Positions 36,701 to 46,147 are shown, counted from the stretch's first letter. The stretch is 64,000 nt of DNA from Candidatus Zixiibacteriota bacterium (GCA_034003725.1 JAVEYB010000002.1:142568-206567), one strand, 5' to 3'. Notes: generated by a model from the letters alone, not told the origin. Translations and numbers: made by a program.

Positions 36701-37523
36701 TGGAAGAGACGTTCACGAGAGTGGTCTTGATACCCTTCTGCGTCTTCCAGTCGACGAGCGGCGCCATGGCAGCCGCGTACGAGTCGTAGGCGATAATCAG
36801 CATGTCGCCCGACTCCATGACGGGCGTGTATTTCTGCTCACTGCTGAAGTTGAGGAAGTGCCGGGAGTAGAGCAGGTCGAAATCCGGGACGGCCGCGGCC
36901 GATTTGCGATCGTACAGCGGATTTGCGCCGCCACTGCCTTCGGTTTCCACCTCGACGGTCACGGACGTGTAGACGCGAAGCGTTTTGGTATCCGGGTCGT
37001 ATTGGAACGGCTGCAGATCAATCACCGTCCCACGATAATCCCGGAGGATATACGGTTCACGCGTCGATGCAAGTTCCTGGGGGTAGAATCCGGGCTTGGA
37101 GTACTCCGGCCCAAAGACGTAGGGGACATCGGAGGGATTCACCGTTCGCAGCAGGTCACCCTTGGAGGGAGCGACCGGAGTGTTAGGGAAGTCGACGAAT
37201 TCAGCGTCGGTGACGCGAACGGCGACCGATCCCTGGTCGGCGATGATAATGCTGCGACTGATGCGCGGCAGAGAAGGCGCCCCTTCGATTCTGGTTTCCC
37301 CCTCCCCGGGAAGATCGATCAGGTTCCAGGTCGCGCCGTCTATGGTCGCCCCCGTGCGATCAAACGCGTTCACCTCAAACCGAACGACGGTACGCGAGTC
37401 GTTTGATTGTTGGACGATGACCTCAACATCGTCGCCCCCAGTGCCCAGCTCAATTCGTTCCGCGGAAACGAACGAGGCAGCGAATAGAACCAGGAAAGCA
37501 GCCGTTAGCACACTGATCCGCAT
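33786..37523 (-). CDS. Gingipain-like cysteine peptidase (family C25) with propeptide, CARDB-like repeats, jelly-roll domain and dockerin-like tail
   Basis: Signal peptide. C25 propeptide-like N-terminus, then VILVGDHNHV..SDPSY..YPDIFIGRFSA. His motif NYCGHGSTSAW and Cys motif IISVACVNGEF. Tail module at 33789-34013. Confidence 0.9.
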   Translation of the reverse strand: MRISVLTAAFLVLFAASFVSAERIELGTGGDDVEVIVQQSNDSRTVVRFEVNAFDRTGATIDGATWNLIDLPGEGETRIEGAPSLPRISRSIIIADQGSVAVRVTDAEFVDFPNTPVAPSKGDLLRTVNPSDVPYVFGPEYSKPGFYPQELASTREPYILRDYRGTVIDLQPFQYDPDTKTLRVYTSVTVEVETEGSGGANPLYDRKSAAAVPDFDLLYSRHFLNFSSEQKYTPVMESGDMLIIAYDSYAAAMAPLVDWKTQKGIKTTLVNVSSIGNTSTAIDAFIQNFYDTTNLAWVILVGDHNHVATPQVSGGASDPSYAKVAGTDDYPDIFIGRFSAESVADVETQVERTVDYETDPLIGDWLHRGTGVASTEGPGHFNEYDNEHMGFIRDDLLAFTYTEVDGLYGYAASATDVANALNAGRSIVNYCGHGSTSAWSTTGFSNTDVNDLVNTAMLPFIISVACVNGEFDGYTCFAEAWMRATDGSGDPTGAVAVYMSSINQTWDPPMDAQDEINDLLVAEAKTTFGGICFNGSCKMIDVNGSGGVSMYDTWHIFGDPSVQLRTDLPAALTVTHDPVMLISDTEFQVTVGGEEGALCAVSYNGVLFGSAFTDASGVAVIPFADALPVGQSMTLTVTAFNALPYVAGVTVITPSGPYVVFDGRTINDQLGNANGLIDIGEDILMGVQLINVGPDDAIDVVANITSADPYVTITDGSESYGTVTGDNGTAYVADGFAFTVAADAPDKHNISFDLEVTGTARDTWTGTFRVPVHAPVIGFVSVSVNDASGNQNGILDPGETADLVVNIQNTGTGRAVATEGYLYANDSYVTGDDTWSVFGLVDSINGAANNSADVFTVTADPTCPLGHPATMEIDIQAEGGYSATLQCEIVVGDRVVIFSDDFSYDQGWTGLGGSAEWQIGPPAGANGDPASDHSPSTDNQVLGNDLTSQGQYENYIGSTQWVTSPVIDCSAMTGTIMTFYRWLGIERATYDHAYFEVFDGSGWVRLYENPDVSFTDPSWQEQNFDVSAYADGNALFQLRFGMGTTDVSVRYCGWNIDDIEIKAYGTAAHPICQFAENEVTMTVAPGEQEVHNLVVRNLGDAVLRVTFTSNEIWLSCSTSAQLIDPADSLLFPVTFNCAGMEKAQYEGSLLYTTNDNMHLTGSIPVHLTVSCCVGLTGNINADPSDETDLSDLLYFVNFLFTSGPAPTCAPEANVTGDPEGNVDLTDLIYLVNYLFNAGPEPVPCQ

Positions 37524-37844
37524 ACAGGGCCTTTCTTGTGTGGAATTGAAAACTGTTGCTCTTCGATCTGTGGATACACGAGAGCCGCCAATCGCTAAGG
37601 TAGTATTGTGTATCGATTTGTCCTTTTAATATAATGTACGGAGACTGTTTCCCAATAAAAAAAGAGGGTGGAGCGGGAAAAAACAGGACCAAATGGTGTG
37701 TGATACCTGATGTTTGTTTTGGTGAAACGGCGGGTGGAGGGAGGCTATGCTGAGGAATCGCCGAAGGCGGAGGCGGGGGAGACGCGGAAGTGACCGATGT
37801 AAAGCTTCGCGGATTTCGTCTAACTGTCCGATTGGTTGCGAGTT

Positions 37845-37874
37845 ATAAAAGAGGCCGCCCCTCAGGGCGGCCTC
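37845..37874 (-). terminator. Rho-independent terminator
   Basis: On the minus strand: GAGGCCGCCC-tgag-GGGCGGCCTC followed by TTTTAT, 35 nt after the stop of the 37909-41952 gene. Confidence 0.8.
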
Positions 37875-37908
37875 TCTGGCGCTGTCGAGCACGAGGCTCA
37901 ACAACCGG

Positions 37909-40900
37909 TTACAAGCAGTGTGCCGGTGGAACTCCACCGAGGAAAAGATAATTGACGAGTGCGATGAGATCCGACAGATCGACTGCTCCGGCGAGATCGC
38001 CGTTGATGTTCGCTTCCTCCGGACACCACGGAGCCGGCCCGCCGAGGAACAGGTAGTTGACGAGGTAAATCAGGTCGGAGAGATCAATCGCCGCTCCTGA
38101 GTCGTTGATGTTGCCCGTTTCGTCGCGGCAGCAGGTGACCGGGGGATTGACGCAGGTGCATTGGACCGGCGCGCTGCCGGTACCGTTGATGTATGAATCG
38201 AGGAACGCGATGTCGGTGTAATCGATATCGCAGTCGCCATCGGGATCGGCGTTCGCCGGGACGGTTGGCGCGGGACCGCCTGAGTCGATAAACGACGCAA
38301 GATAGTCGATGTCGTCGCTGTCGATGACGCCGTTGTTGTCGACGTCGCCGGGGTATTGACCGGCGCAGGTGTCGAGCGGGCAGATGATGACGGCGTAATC
38401 GATGAGAGTGCGGATTTCACCTCCCGCATAGGGAATGGGTGGACCGCTCCATTCTGCCGGATTGAGCTGGAAGAAGTTGACGACGTCCGTCCAGAGGTCC
38501 GGATAGTCGATGAGTTCGACGATCGGGGGATACTGCGGACAGACCTGCTGAACGGCGAGGTTGTAGGCATCGTGCTGGATCTGACCGTGCGGACCGGAGA
38601 TGAGGGCGGCGTCGTTGTGCACGGCCGAGCCGTGCGCGGAGCCGGCGGGCGGTTCCCCTTCGTTGGCGTCGAAGTACGGATCGGAGATGCAGATGCGGAA
38701 CTCTTCGGGGCAGACGCCGGCGACGGTGACATAATGGCCACCGTGTCGTACGCAGCCCGAACCGGTCGGCTCGAACTCGTAGAAACCGAGCAGGAGGATA
38801 ACATCCTGTGACCGCATCACTTCGTCGCGGATCAGTTCAAACGGAGGCGCGGGGACAAGGACGCTGGTGTAGTCCCCCGCGAGGCCGACGCTGGACAGCC
38901 ATGCCTGCAGGCCGGTGAAGAGATCGAGGATGAAGGTTCCAATCCCTCCCGGCGGGCAGTTGGTATAGCGGGCCAGCGAATCAACGAAGGGAATGACATT
39001 CGACGGATCGTGGTCGTCCCACGGCCCGTACGGAGTGACGAGCGGGTAGTTGTCGTTGATGGTCGGCGGCACAACCGGGGTGGGTTCGAATTTCGAATCG
39101 AACCACCAGAAGCAGTTGGCAAGCGCCACCGGACCGCAGAAGGACCATCCGCCGAGCGGACCGCCGGTCCAGGCGTTCTGTTTCTGATCGAAGTCCGGCA
39201 TCCCGAACGGGGCATAATCCTCGTACGGAGCCTTGTAGTATTCGCACGTGTCCTGTTGAGGCTCTGTCGGACAGATTACGAACGCCTGACTGATGATCGT
39301 AATCACGGGTCCACCGTCGTAGGGAGCCCAGTCCTCCCACGCGTTCATGCCCAGGAAGTTGGTAACGAGCTCCGGTGGAGTCGGATAGTTCACTACTTCG
39401 ACAGGCACGAGGAATCCGGGAAGCATCATCGACGTGAGCATGTAGGGATCGTGCTGGATCTGACCGTGCGGGCCGCTGATGTTGTTGGCGTCATTGTGGA
39501 CGCCGCCGCCGTGAGCCGATCCTACGGGCGGCTCACCCTCGAGAGCGTCGAGGAACGGGTCGGAGATACAGATCTGGGTCTTCGTCGTACAGACGCCGGC
39601 CACGGTGACCCAGTGCCAGCCGATCGGCATGGGTATGGCGGCGGTTTCCTCATAAAACGCCAGCAGGAGGATTACGTCCTGACAGTCGAGGACCTGATCG
39701 CGGATGAACTCATAGGTCGGCAGCGGCACCAGGGTATCCTTGAAGTAAGGATCGAGACCGCGCTCAACGAAGATCTGCCTGACGGCGTCGACGAGGTAGT
39801 TCGGCGGGGTGCCGGACCCGTGGACATTCGTGCCCATACGCATGGCCAGATCGTTAATGAATGGAATGACGTTGGTGGTATCGTGATCGTCAAACGGGCC
39901 AAAGGCCTGCACCAGCGGGTAGTTGTCATTCGGGGGCGGGTTGCCCGGGCCGGGGAAGAACGGCCGAGGATCGATCGGGGAAGGTTCGAACCTGGAATCA
40001 AACCACCAGAGGCAGTTCGCCACGGCGGCGGGTCCGTCGTGCGACCACACGCCGAACTCGTCCTGCCACATGGCCTGTTTCTGGTCGAAGTCGGGCATTC
40101 CCTGCGGTGCGTAGTCGAGATACGGCGGTTTGTAGTACTCACACGGTTCTTCGGGCGCCTGCGGTTCGCCCGGACAGATCATGACCGCGTATTCAACTTC
40201 GGCGTGGTACGGGTACATGGTCGGGTCGGGATTGGCGAGGGTGACGCTCTGGAACTCGGCCGGGCAATTGGCGCCGGTCGGTGAGAAGCCGCGTGGGAAT
40301 CCGGGCAGCCACCAGGTGCCGCCGGGCGACGGTGAATCGAGCATGACCGGGTACGCATCATGCGACACCGGGTAGTCGTAGCTTCCGGGTGTGACCGGGT
40401 ACCAGTGAGTGGGATCGCGAGGGTCGTGCACGATACCGGCGTGCGAGGGCGGACGGACCCGTCCCGCGCCGCCGGCTTCGGCGTTATCGGTTTCGGGATC
40501 GGATACGGCGACCATCATTGTGGTCATATCGACACCGGCCATGGTGACATACCGGCCGCCGTCGCGCCACCACTGCTCACCGTCGAACCACCAGTTTCCG
40601 ATCAGCAGGATGATGTCCTGACAGACCATGAGCGATTCGGCCATCACGAAGAAGTCCGGCATCCGGTACGTGGTTTCGTAGAATTGCCACTTGGGGTCCG
40701 GATCCCAGAAGAACCGGGTGAGGCCGTCTTCCATGACGTGGACATCGGTGCCGCCCCAGGGGTCAAAGACGGTGTCCGAATGGAAATAGGTGAACAGCTC
40801 GTCCTTGAGCTCGATCGCGTTGACAAAGGGGTAGTAGCCCATCGCTCCGTACCACCAGAGGCAGTTCGTGACGGCGGTGGGTCCGCTGTGGCAGGGGAGC

Positions 40901-41952
40901 TGACTCGGGAAGTCCGGCATGCCGGTCAGCGCGTAAGTGGTGTCGGGTTTCCAATACCAGGTGTCCGGTGTCTCCCTCGGGCAGATGATTTCGGCGTACT
41001 CAATGACGGCGAAGATCGGCCCCGGAATACCGGGCGGGCAGGTGGTTCCTCCATTCTGATCGACGAACTCGTAGGCGAAGGGATCGGCCGGGTAGTCGGG
41101 GAGGAAAAGGCATCCTGCAACCGTCTCGCAGAGGGTCGGGTCCATGACGGCTATGGAGTATATGTCATGCGAGACGACCGCGGCGTCGTTGTGCGAGGGT
41201 GGCGGCGGACTGGCGAGGTCGAGGTACGGATCGGAGACGGCGATGAGCGCTTCGACGGAGTCAACGCCGGCAACGGTCACGTAATGGCCGCCCAGCCGGC
41301 AGCATTCCTGGGGGTTGCCGCCGGGCGCCAGATAGAAGCCAATGAGGAGAATGACATCCTGGCTGCGCCGCACTTCGCCGGCAAGGAAGTCCCAGGTGAA
41401 GGCGCCGCACGAATAGAGATTGACGTCGTAGTCGTCAAGGAGTCCTCTGGATGCCAGCCAGTCACGGACGCCGGCGTCAAAATCGACGATATTCGTTCCG
41501 GGTGCGAGAAGATTGGTATTCAGCGTGGTCGCCATAGCGGCCACGAGCGGTTGAACGTTTAATGGATCATGGTCATCCCACTGGGCGTAAGGGGTTACGA
41601 GTGGGTAGTTATCGCTGATTCCGGGCGGCACGACCGGAAGTGGTTCGAACTTTGAATCGAACCACCAGAGGCAGTTGGCCAGAGCGACGGGACCGCAATA
41701 GCCGGCGTCGACGCTGCCGTCCGGCGGTTGCGAGAAGTCCTGTACCTGGCTGAAGTCGGGTGTGCCCGAGGGACAGTAGTCCGGATACCCGGCTTTGAAG
41801 TAGAATTCCTTTTCGCCTCGGTCTGGCTGAGCGGAAGGGGGAGTCCCGGATGAAGTCGGCGGTGTCGGTTGCGATTGCTCGGGGATCACCGGCAATCCGA
41901 TCAGGAGAACGATGGCCATGAAAAGAAAAGCGGAATGATACCACTTCAACAT
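37909..41952 (-). CDS. Secreted 1347-aa protein built from four ~270-300-aa tandem repeats of a putative papain-fold (C39_2-like) thiol peptidase domain, plus a classical dockerin-like pair and the Cys-framed tail module
   Basis: Each repeat has MPDF-x-Q, (C)GP-x-A-x-x-NC-x-WW, QD[VI]ILL, GG[HR]YVT[VM]AGV, [IV]SDP and ends in ..ICP... GDVDNNGVIDSDDIDYL is a classical dockerin-like pair. Tail module at 37912-38133. Confidence 0.8.
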   Translation of the reverse strand: MLKWYHSAFLFMAIVLLIGLPVIPEQSQPTPPTSSGTPPSAQPDRGEKEFYFKAGYPDYCPSGTPDFSQVQDFSQPPDGSVDAGYCGPVALANCLWWFDSKFEPLPVVPPGISDNYPLVTPYAQWDDHDPLNVQPLVAAMATTLNTNLLAPGTNIVDFDAGVRDWLASRGLLDDYDVNLYSCGAFTWDFLAGEVRRSQDVILLIGFYLAPGGNPQECCRLGGHYVTVAGVDSVEALIAVSDPYLDLASPPPPSHNDAAVVSHDIYSIAVMDPTLCETVAGCLFLPDYPADPFAYEFVDQNGGTTCPPGIPGPIFAVIEYAEIICPRETPDTWYWKPDTTYALTGMPDFPSQLPCHSGPTAVTNCLWWYGAMGYYPFVNAIELKDELFTYFHSDTVFDPWGGTDVHVMEDGLTRFFWDPDPKWQFYETTYRMPDFFVMAESLMVCQDIILLIGNWWFDGEQWWRDGGRYVTMAGVDMTTMMVAVSDPETDNAEAGGAGRVRPPSHAGIVHDPRDPTHWYPVTPGSYDYPVSHDAYPVMLDSPSPGGTWWLPGFPRGFSPTGANCPAEFQSVTLANPDPTMYPYHAEVEYAVMICPGEPQAPEEPCEYYKPPYLDYAPQGMPDFDQKQAMWQDEFGVWSHDGPAAVANCLWWFDSRFEPSPIDPRPFFPGPGNPPPNDNYPLVQAFGPFDDHDTTNVIPFINDLAMRMGTNVHGSGTPPNYLVDAVRQIFVERGLDPYFKDTLVPLPTYEFIRDQVLDCQDVILLLAFYEETAAIPMPIGWHWVTVAGVCTTKTQICISDPFLDALEGEPPVGSAHGGGVHNDANNISGPHGQIQHDPYMLTSMMLPGFLVPVEVVNYPTPPELVTNFLGMNAWEDWAPYDGGPVITIISQAFVICPTEPQQDTCEYYKAPYEDYAPFGMPDFDQKQNAWTGGPLGGWSFCGPVALANCFWWFDSKFEPTPVVPPTINDNYPLVTPYGPWDDHDPSNVIPFVDSLARYTNCPPGGIGTFILDLFTGLQAWLSSVGLAGDYTSVLVPAPPFELIRDEVMRSQDVILLLGFYEFEPTGSGCVRHGGHYVTVAGVCPEEFRICISDPYFDANEGEPPAGSAHGSAVHNDAALISGPHGQIQHDAYNLAVQQVCPQYPPIVELIDYPDLWTDVVNFFQLNPAEWSGPPIPYAGGEIRTLIDYAVIICPLDTCAGQYPGDVDNNGVIDSDDIDYLASFIDSGGPAPTVPANADPDGDCDIDYTDIAFLDSYINGTGSAPVQCTCVNPPVTCCRDETGNINDSGAAIDLSDLIYLVNYLFLGGPAPWCPEEANINGDLAGAVDLSDLIALVNYLFLGGVPPAHCL

Positions 41953-42098
41953 GGCGTCTCCTTGTGTGATAGAACGTTGTTCGGACGTGTACGATTCGGC
42001 GCATGCCCCAGGAGACGCATTCGGCTCCCGCAGCCGAGCCCCGGCATCCCCGATGCGTGTGCCAAATAGTGTGAAAGTTGAGTGAATAGTCTATTATG

Positions 42099-42127
42099 AA
42101 TATAGACGCGCCGCCAGCGAGTGTCAA
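42099..42127 (-). promoter_or_regulatory. Sigma70-like promoter for the 37909-41952 gene
   Basis: On the minus strand: TTGACA (42127-42122), 17-nt spacer, TATATT (42104-42099). Implies a ~140-nt leader. Confidence 0.55.
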
Positions 42128-42180
42128 GACGTGTTTGATGATGAGCCCGGAATGGGGCGCGACTTCCGTGTGAGTCATAT

Positions 42181-42223
42181 GAAAATGAAAGAAGAAGGCC
42201 ATCTCCGGGAGGAGATGGCCTTC
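42181..42223 (-). terminator. Rho-independent terminator
   Basis: GAAGGCCATCTCC-ggga-GGAGATGGCCTTC perfect 13-bp stem. On the minus strand it is followed by the T-rich TTCTTTCATTTTC. Confidence 0.8.
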
Positions 42224-42250
42224 GAAGAGAAATCGATGTTCAATCGCGAG

Positions 42251-45200
42251 TTACTGACACGGTTGTGGCAGCGGACCCGAATTAAACAGGAAGTTCACGA
42301 GGTAGATGAGATCCGAGAGGTCGGTCTGTCCATCGAGGTCGCCGTCAACATTGGCTTCCGCGGGGCAGGGAATCGGGGCTCCGCTGGAGAACAGGTAGTT
42401 GACGAAGTAGATGAGATCGGACAGGTCGACTTCATCCTGGGCGTCATTGTTGACATTACCTGTCAAGCCGACGCAACAGGCGACGGTTAAGGTTACCGGA
42501 ATCACACCGGTCGGATGGCCGCCATCGTTTGAAGTGTAGGTTAGGCTGCCGGTGTGTACGCCCTGAGACATGCCACCGCAGTTGACCTGAACCGGGAACT
42601 CAACGCTGTCGCCGGCAGCAATGACCAGCTGGTCGCCGGAGCAGGAGAGCCAGGTATAGGCCGAGGCGAAGGTGATGCGGAGAGCGCCGTCACCGGCGTT
42701 TCTCACGGTGATGTACTCGGTCGTCGCCGACCCGGGCTGCAGCATGACATGAAGTTCATCGTCGGGGATGTCGCACACCGGGGTGGCCGCAGTTCCGTAG
42801 CCTTTCAACTCGATGTCGTCAATGTTCCAGCCGCAATAGGTTAGGGACACGTCGGTTGTGCCCATACCGAAGCGGATCTGGAAATCGGGGTTGTGGTCGG
42901 CGTAGGCCCCTACGTCATAATTCTCTTCTGTCCAGTTGCCATCGGTGAACGAATTGTCCGGGTTTGCATAGAGCTGCACCCAGTCGGTGCCGTCAAACAC
43001 GGACAGGTATACGTGGTCGTACTGGCTCCGTTCGACACCGAGCCAGCGATAGAACTTGAACAGCACGCCGCTCATATTGCTGCAGTCGATAACCGGTGAG
43101 GTGACCCACTGCGTTGGCGAGATGTAGTTCTCATACTGGCCGTCGCCATTGAGATCGTTTCCGAGGACGGCATTATCGGAGGTTCCGGAATAGTCACTGG
43201 CCGGATCGCCGCCGATTCCGCCCACCGGACCCATCTGCCACTCGGCGGAGCCGCCAAGGCCGGTCCAGCCCTGATCGTACGAGAAATCATCGAAGAAGAA
43301 GACGACCCGGTCACCGACGGTGATGTCGAATGACAGAGCTTTCGTGAAGCCGTTGTCGGCGCTGATGTCGAGCGACACGGTAACGCCATAACCCATCGGG
43401 CACCCGGCGTCGACAGACACTTCGAACGGGTCGCCGGAGTTGATCGCCATGCCGTTCACAGAGTCCACCAGTCCGTAGTAGCCGTAGTTGTCGCTGATGC
43501 TGACAAAGGGGTCGGCGACGAACAGCATGCCGGAGGTATTGATGGCCTGGCCGGTACCGCTGTTTTCGATAGTAACGGTAATGGAAGCCGTCTCTCCGGG
43601 GTCGATGATGCCATTGTCGTTACCCGCGTCGTCGATGGCAACCGAGACAATACCGATTTCGGGCGCGTGGACGGGGACACGGAACGAGCCGGTCCATGTG
43701 TCACGGGCGGTCCCGGTCACCTCGATATCGAAGGCGATCTGGTATTTATCCGGGCAGGTTGACGACACCGTGAATGCGAAGCCGTCGGCGACGTAGGCCG
43801 TGCCATTATCGCCGATGATCGTGCCGTACGACTCGGCATTATCGGTGATGGTGACGTACGGGTCGGTGGTGCTGATGGTCGCGTTGACGTCGTAGGCGTC
43901 ATCGGGACCAACGTTAATCAGCTGAACACCCATGAGGATCGCTTCGCCGGCGTCCACGAGTCCGTTGTCGTTGCCGGAGGCATCATTGACGGACGCGTCG
44001 TCGAAAATGACATACGGGCCGGAGGGGGTAATCACCTGAATGGCGCCGAAGTACGGCTCGCGATTCTGGGCGGTTACGACCACGTTGGCGACGCCCGGGG
44101 CGGCGAATCCGGCGAGGTCAATGGTAGTCGTTCCCGACGTGCCGATGTATCCGGAACCCTGCAGTTCGCCGTTGAAGGTGATGCCGACGTATGATCCGGG
44201 ATCAGCTGAAATGGTGAGGCTGGTCGTGGCGAGCACCACGGCAGCATCGTGGGTCACGTTGTTGACGGCCGGGATGCCGAGGTAGGTCATCACGGAGGGA
44301 TCACCCATGAGGTGATAGATTTCCCAGTAATAGTCTTCCCGGCTGGAACCCGACTCGCTGACGGCCATGTTGCCGGCAAAAACGATGGCATCATTGGTGA
44401 CGTAGTGGAAGTTGACGGGTTCGCCGTGGTCGTGGAAGAGACCGTCGTAGGCGCCCAGCGTGGTCTGCTCATAGGTTGGGCCGGCGGCCACAACCGGGCC
44501 GTAGCCGACGCCCCAGTAGTAATCTTCGTACCAGTACGTGGAATTGGAGCCGCCGATGTAGCCGATACCGCCGCGTTCGGAGATCTGCAGGAACGCCTCA
44601 CCGAAGCACGGGGTGGAGTAATCGGTTCCAAACGTGTTCGACTCACAGCAGTTACCGATGCCGAGCAGGTACTGATGCCAGTTGGTCAGGCCGGGGATAT
44701 CGGATGTGTTGAACGGCGGGTCGGCATGCCCTGAGTGCGAGCAGTGGGCGGTGTAGTTGTACAGCCCTGCGCCGTCGTTAATGGACTGAATAATTGCGGC
44801 GGCCGCGCCGGACTGGTCCGACGCCGGATACAGCCAGACGTGCGGCGTGATGCCGTGCAGCGCGTTGAAATACAGGGTCGTGCCGTAGTTGAGCTGGCCG
44901 TTGCCGTGCGTGGCGGCGTAGGTGCCGTCAACACCGGAGACGAGGGTGACGAATTCGAGATAGGACGGATCGGGCATCTCGTAGCGTTCGTACTCCAGCG
45001 TCTTATCGATCTGGGGCTGCAGTTGGGTGGTGTTCTGCGCCGAGAAGCGGCCGTAGTAGATCTCGGGGAAGATGTCGCCGGTGAACTCGCAGAACCGGAG
45101 GTCGGTGACGTGTGACCCGGTCGAACCGGAGAACGGCGGAATCTGCTGGGCGTCGCCGACGAACAGAACAAACGACGGCGCCGGGTCAGCCGGCGTCCCG

Positions 45201-46147
45201 GCATTGTACAGCCCCTGGATATATGACTTTATGGCCGTACTGGAGGTTCCGATGACGTCGGTATAGGCGGTGATGACCTCAAAGCCCTTTTCCGTTTTCC
45301 ATTCGATAAACGGCTGAAGCTGCGCTTCAAACATCCGATCCGAGACGATCAGGTACTTCACCGGATATTCGACAAGGTCGTCCTTGTACGTGGAGGCCTG
45401 CTCGGTGTAATTCATGACGCGATAAAGGGCCGGTTCAAAGTAGGGCGAATATCCTTTGCGAAAGTTGGCTTCCGTTTCCGCCCAGTCGGGGTTATTGAAC
45501 GCAACCCGGACGGTGACCTTGTTGTACACGCGGATGCGGGCGTTGACAGGGTCGTATTCGATCGGGGCGACGGAGACGAGGGCGAGGCGGACGGACCGCA
45601 TGACGCCCTTGATTTCAGTGTTGACCAGCGGGAGGGAGTAGTATCCGGGCTGCTGGTACATGGCCGTATTGATTTCGAACGGTATCGACATCGGATCCTC
45701 CGACTTCGACACCGACGGCTGGACCGGCATGAGCGGATAGGTCAATCCGAGATCGGTGAGCGAGTATTCCTCGAAATCACTGGCGATGACTTCTGCGGAC
45801 AACTCGCAGCCGAACGGGATAGAGATCAGTCGATTGGCCGTCGGCAGGGAGGGCTCGCCGATGCGCTGTGACCGGGCGAGTCCGGCACCCGAGAGAAGCG
45901 TGTAAACGCCCTGCTGGGTGACGACTTCTTCGAACATGAGTGAGCCGACGTCAACTCTGACAGTGAGGCCGGAATTGTCTTGCGAGAGGAGGGTCATGGC
46001 GTTCTCGGCATCGCTGACTTGCAGTGTAGTGGTGGCGTGTCCGACACCGACCCAGAGCAGGCAGGCAACAAGAAGCAGACCCAGACCAATAGCCCTTTTT
46101 GCCACAATGACCTCCGATTTCCTTAAGTCGCTAAGGGTTACAATCAT
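42251..46147 (-). CDS. Gingipain-like cysteine peptidase (family C25), paralog of 33786-37523, with dockerin-like tail
   Basis: FVLFVGDAQQIP..TDLRF..FPEIYYGRFSA. His region NYTAHCSHSGHA and Cys region LLGIGNCCESNTF. The C-terminal half is collinear with the other C25 (..TGTARDTWTG[ST]FRVPVHAP..). Tail module at 42254-42478. Confidence 0.9.
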   Translation of the reverse strand: MIVTLSDLRKSEVIVAKRAIGLGLLLVACLLWVGVGHATTTLQVSDAENAMTLLSQDNSGLTVRVDVGSLMFEEVVTQQGVYTLLSGAGLARSQRIGEPSLPTANRLISIPFGCELSAEVIASDFEEYSLTDLGLTYPLMPVQPSVSKSEDPMSIPFEINTAMYQQPGYYSLPLVNTEIKGVMRSVRLALVSVAPIEYDPVNARIRVYNKVTVRVAFNNPDWAETEANFRKGYSPYFEPALYRVMNYTEQASTYKDDLVEYPVKYLIVSDRMFEAQLQPFIEWKTEKGFEVITAYTDVIGTSSTAIKSYIQGLYNAGTPADPAPSFVLFVGDAQQIPPFSGSTGSHVTDLRFCEFTGDIFPEIYYGRFSAQNTTQLQPQIDKTLEYERYEMPDPSYLEFVTLVSGVDGTYAATHGNGQLNYGTTLYFNALHGITPHVWLYPASDQSGAAAAIIQSINDGAGLYNYTAHCSHSGHADPPFNTSDIPGLTNWHQYLLGIGNCCESNTFGTDYSTPCFGEAFLQISERGGIGYIGGSNSTYWYEDYYWGVGYGPVVAAGPTYEQTTLGAYDGLFHDHGEPVNFHYVTNDAIVFAGNMAVSESGSSREDYYWEIYHLMGDPSVMTYLGIPAVNNVTHDAAVVLATTSLTISADPGSYVGITFNGELQGSGYIGTSGTTTIDLAGFAAPGVANVVVTAQNREPYFGAIQVITPSGPYVIFDDASVNDASGNDNGLVDAGEAILMGVQLINVGPDDAYDVNATISTTDPYVTITDNAESYGTIIGDNGTAYVADGFAFTVSSTCPDKYQIAFDIEVTGTARDTWTGSFRVPVHAPEIGIVSVAIDDAGNDNGIIDPGETASITVTIENSGTGQAINTSGMLFVADPFVSISDNYGYYGLVDSVNGMAINSGDPFEVSVDAGCPMGYGVTVSLDISADNGFTKALSFDITVGDRVVFFFDDFSYDQGWTGLGGSAEWQMGPVGGIGGDPASDYSGTSDNAVLGNDLNGDGQYENYISPTQWVTSPVIDCSNMSGVLFKFYRWLGVERSQYDHVYLSVFDGTDWVQLYANPDNSFTDGNWTEENYDVGAYADHNPDFQIRFGMGTTDVSLTYCGWNIDDIELKGYGTAATPVCDIPDDELHVMLQPGSATTEYITVRNAGDGALRITFASAYTWLSCSGDQLVIAAGDSVEFPVQVNCGGMSQGVHTGSLTYTSNDGGHPTGVIPVTLTVACCVGLTGNVNNDAQDEVDLSDLIYFVNYLFSSGAPIPCPAEANVDGDLDGQTDLSDLIYLVNFLFNSGPLPQPCQ

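Noticed and set aside
34548-37406. 952-aa ORF on the + strand
   Set aside because: It is entirely antisense to the well-supported C25 peptidase gene. Its composition is Arg/Gly/Asp/Val-rich and low-complexity, typical of shadow ORFs in GC-rich DNA.
39010-41562. 424-aa and 400-aa + strand ORFs
   Set aside because: They are antisense to the 1347-aa repeat protein gene, have no motifs, and show GC-driven shadow ORF composition.
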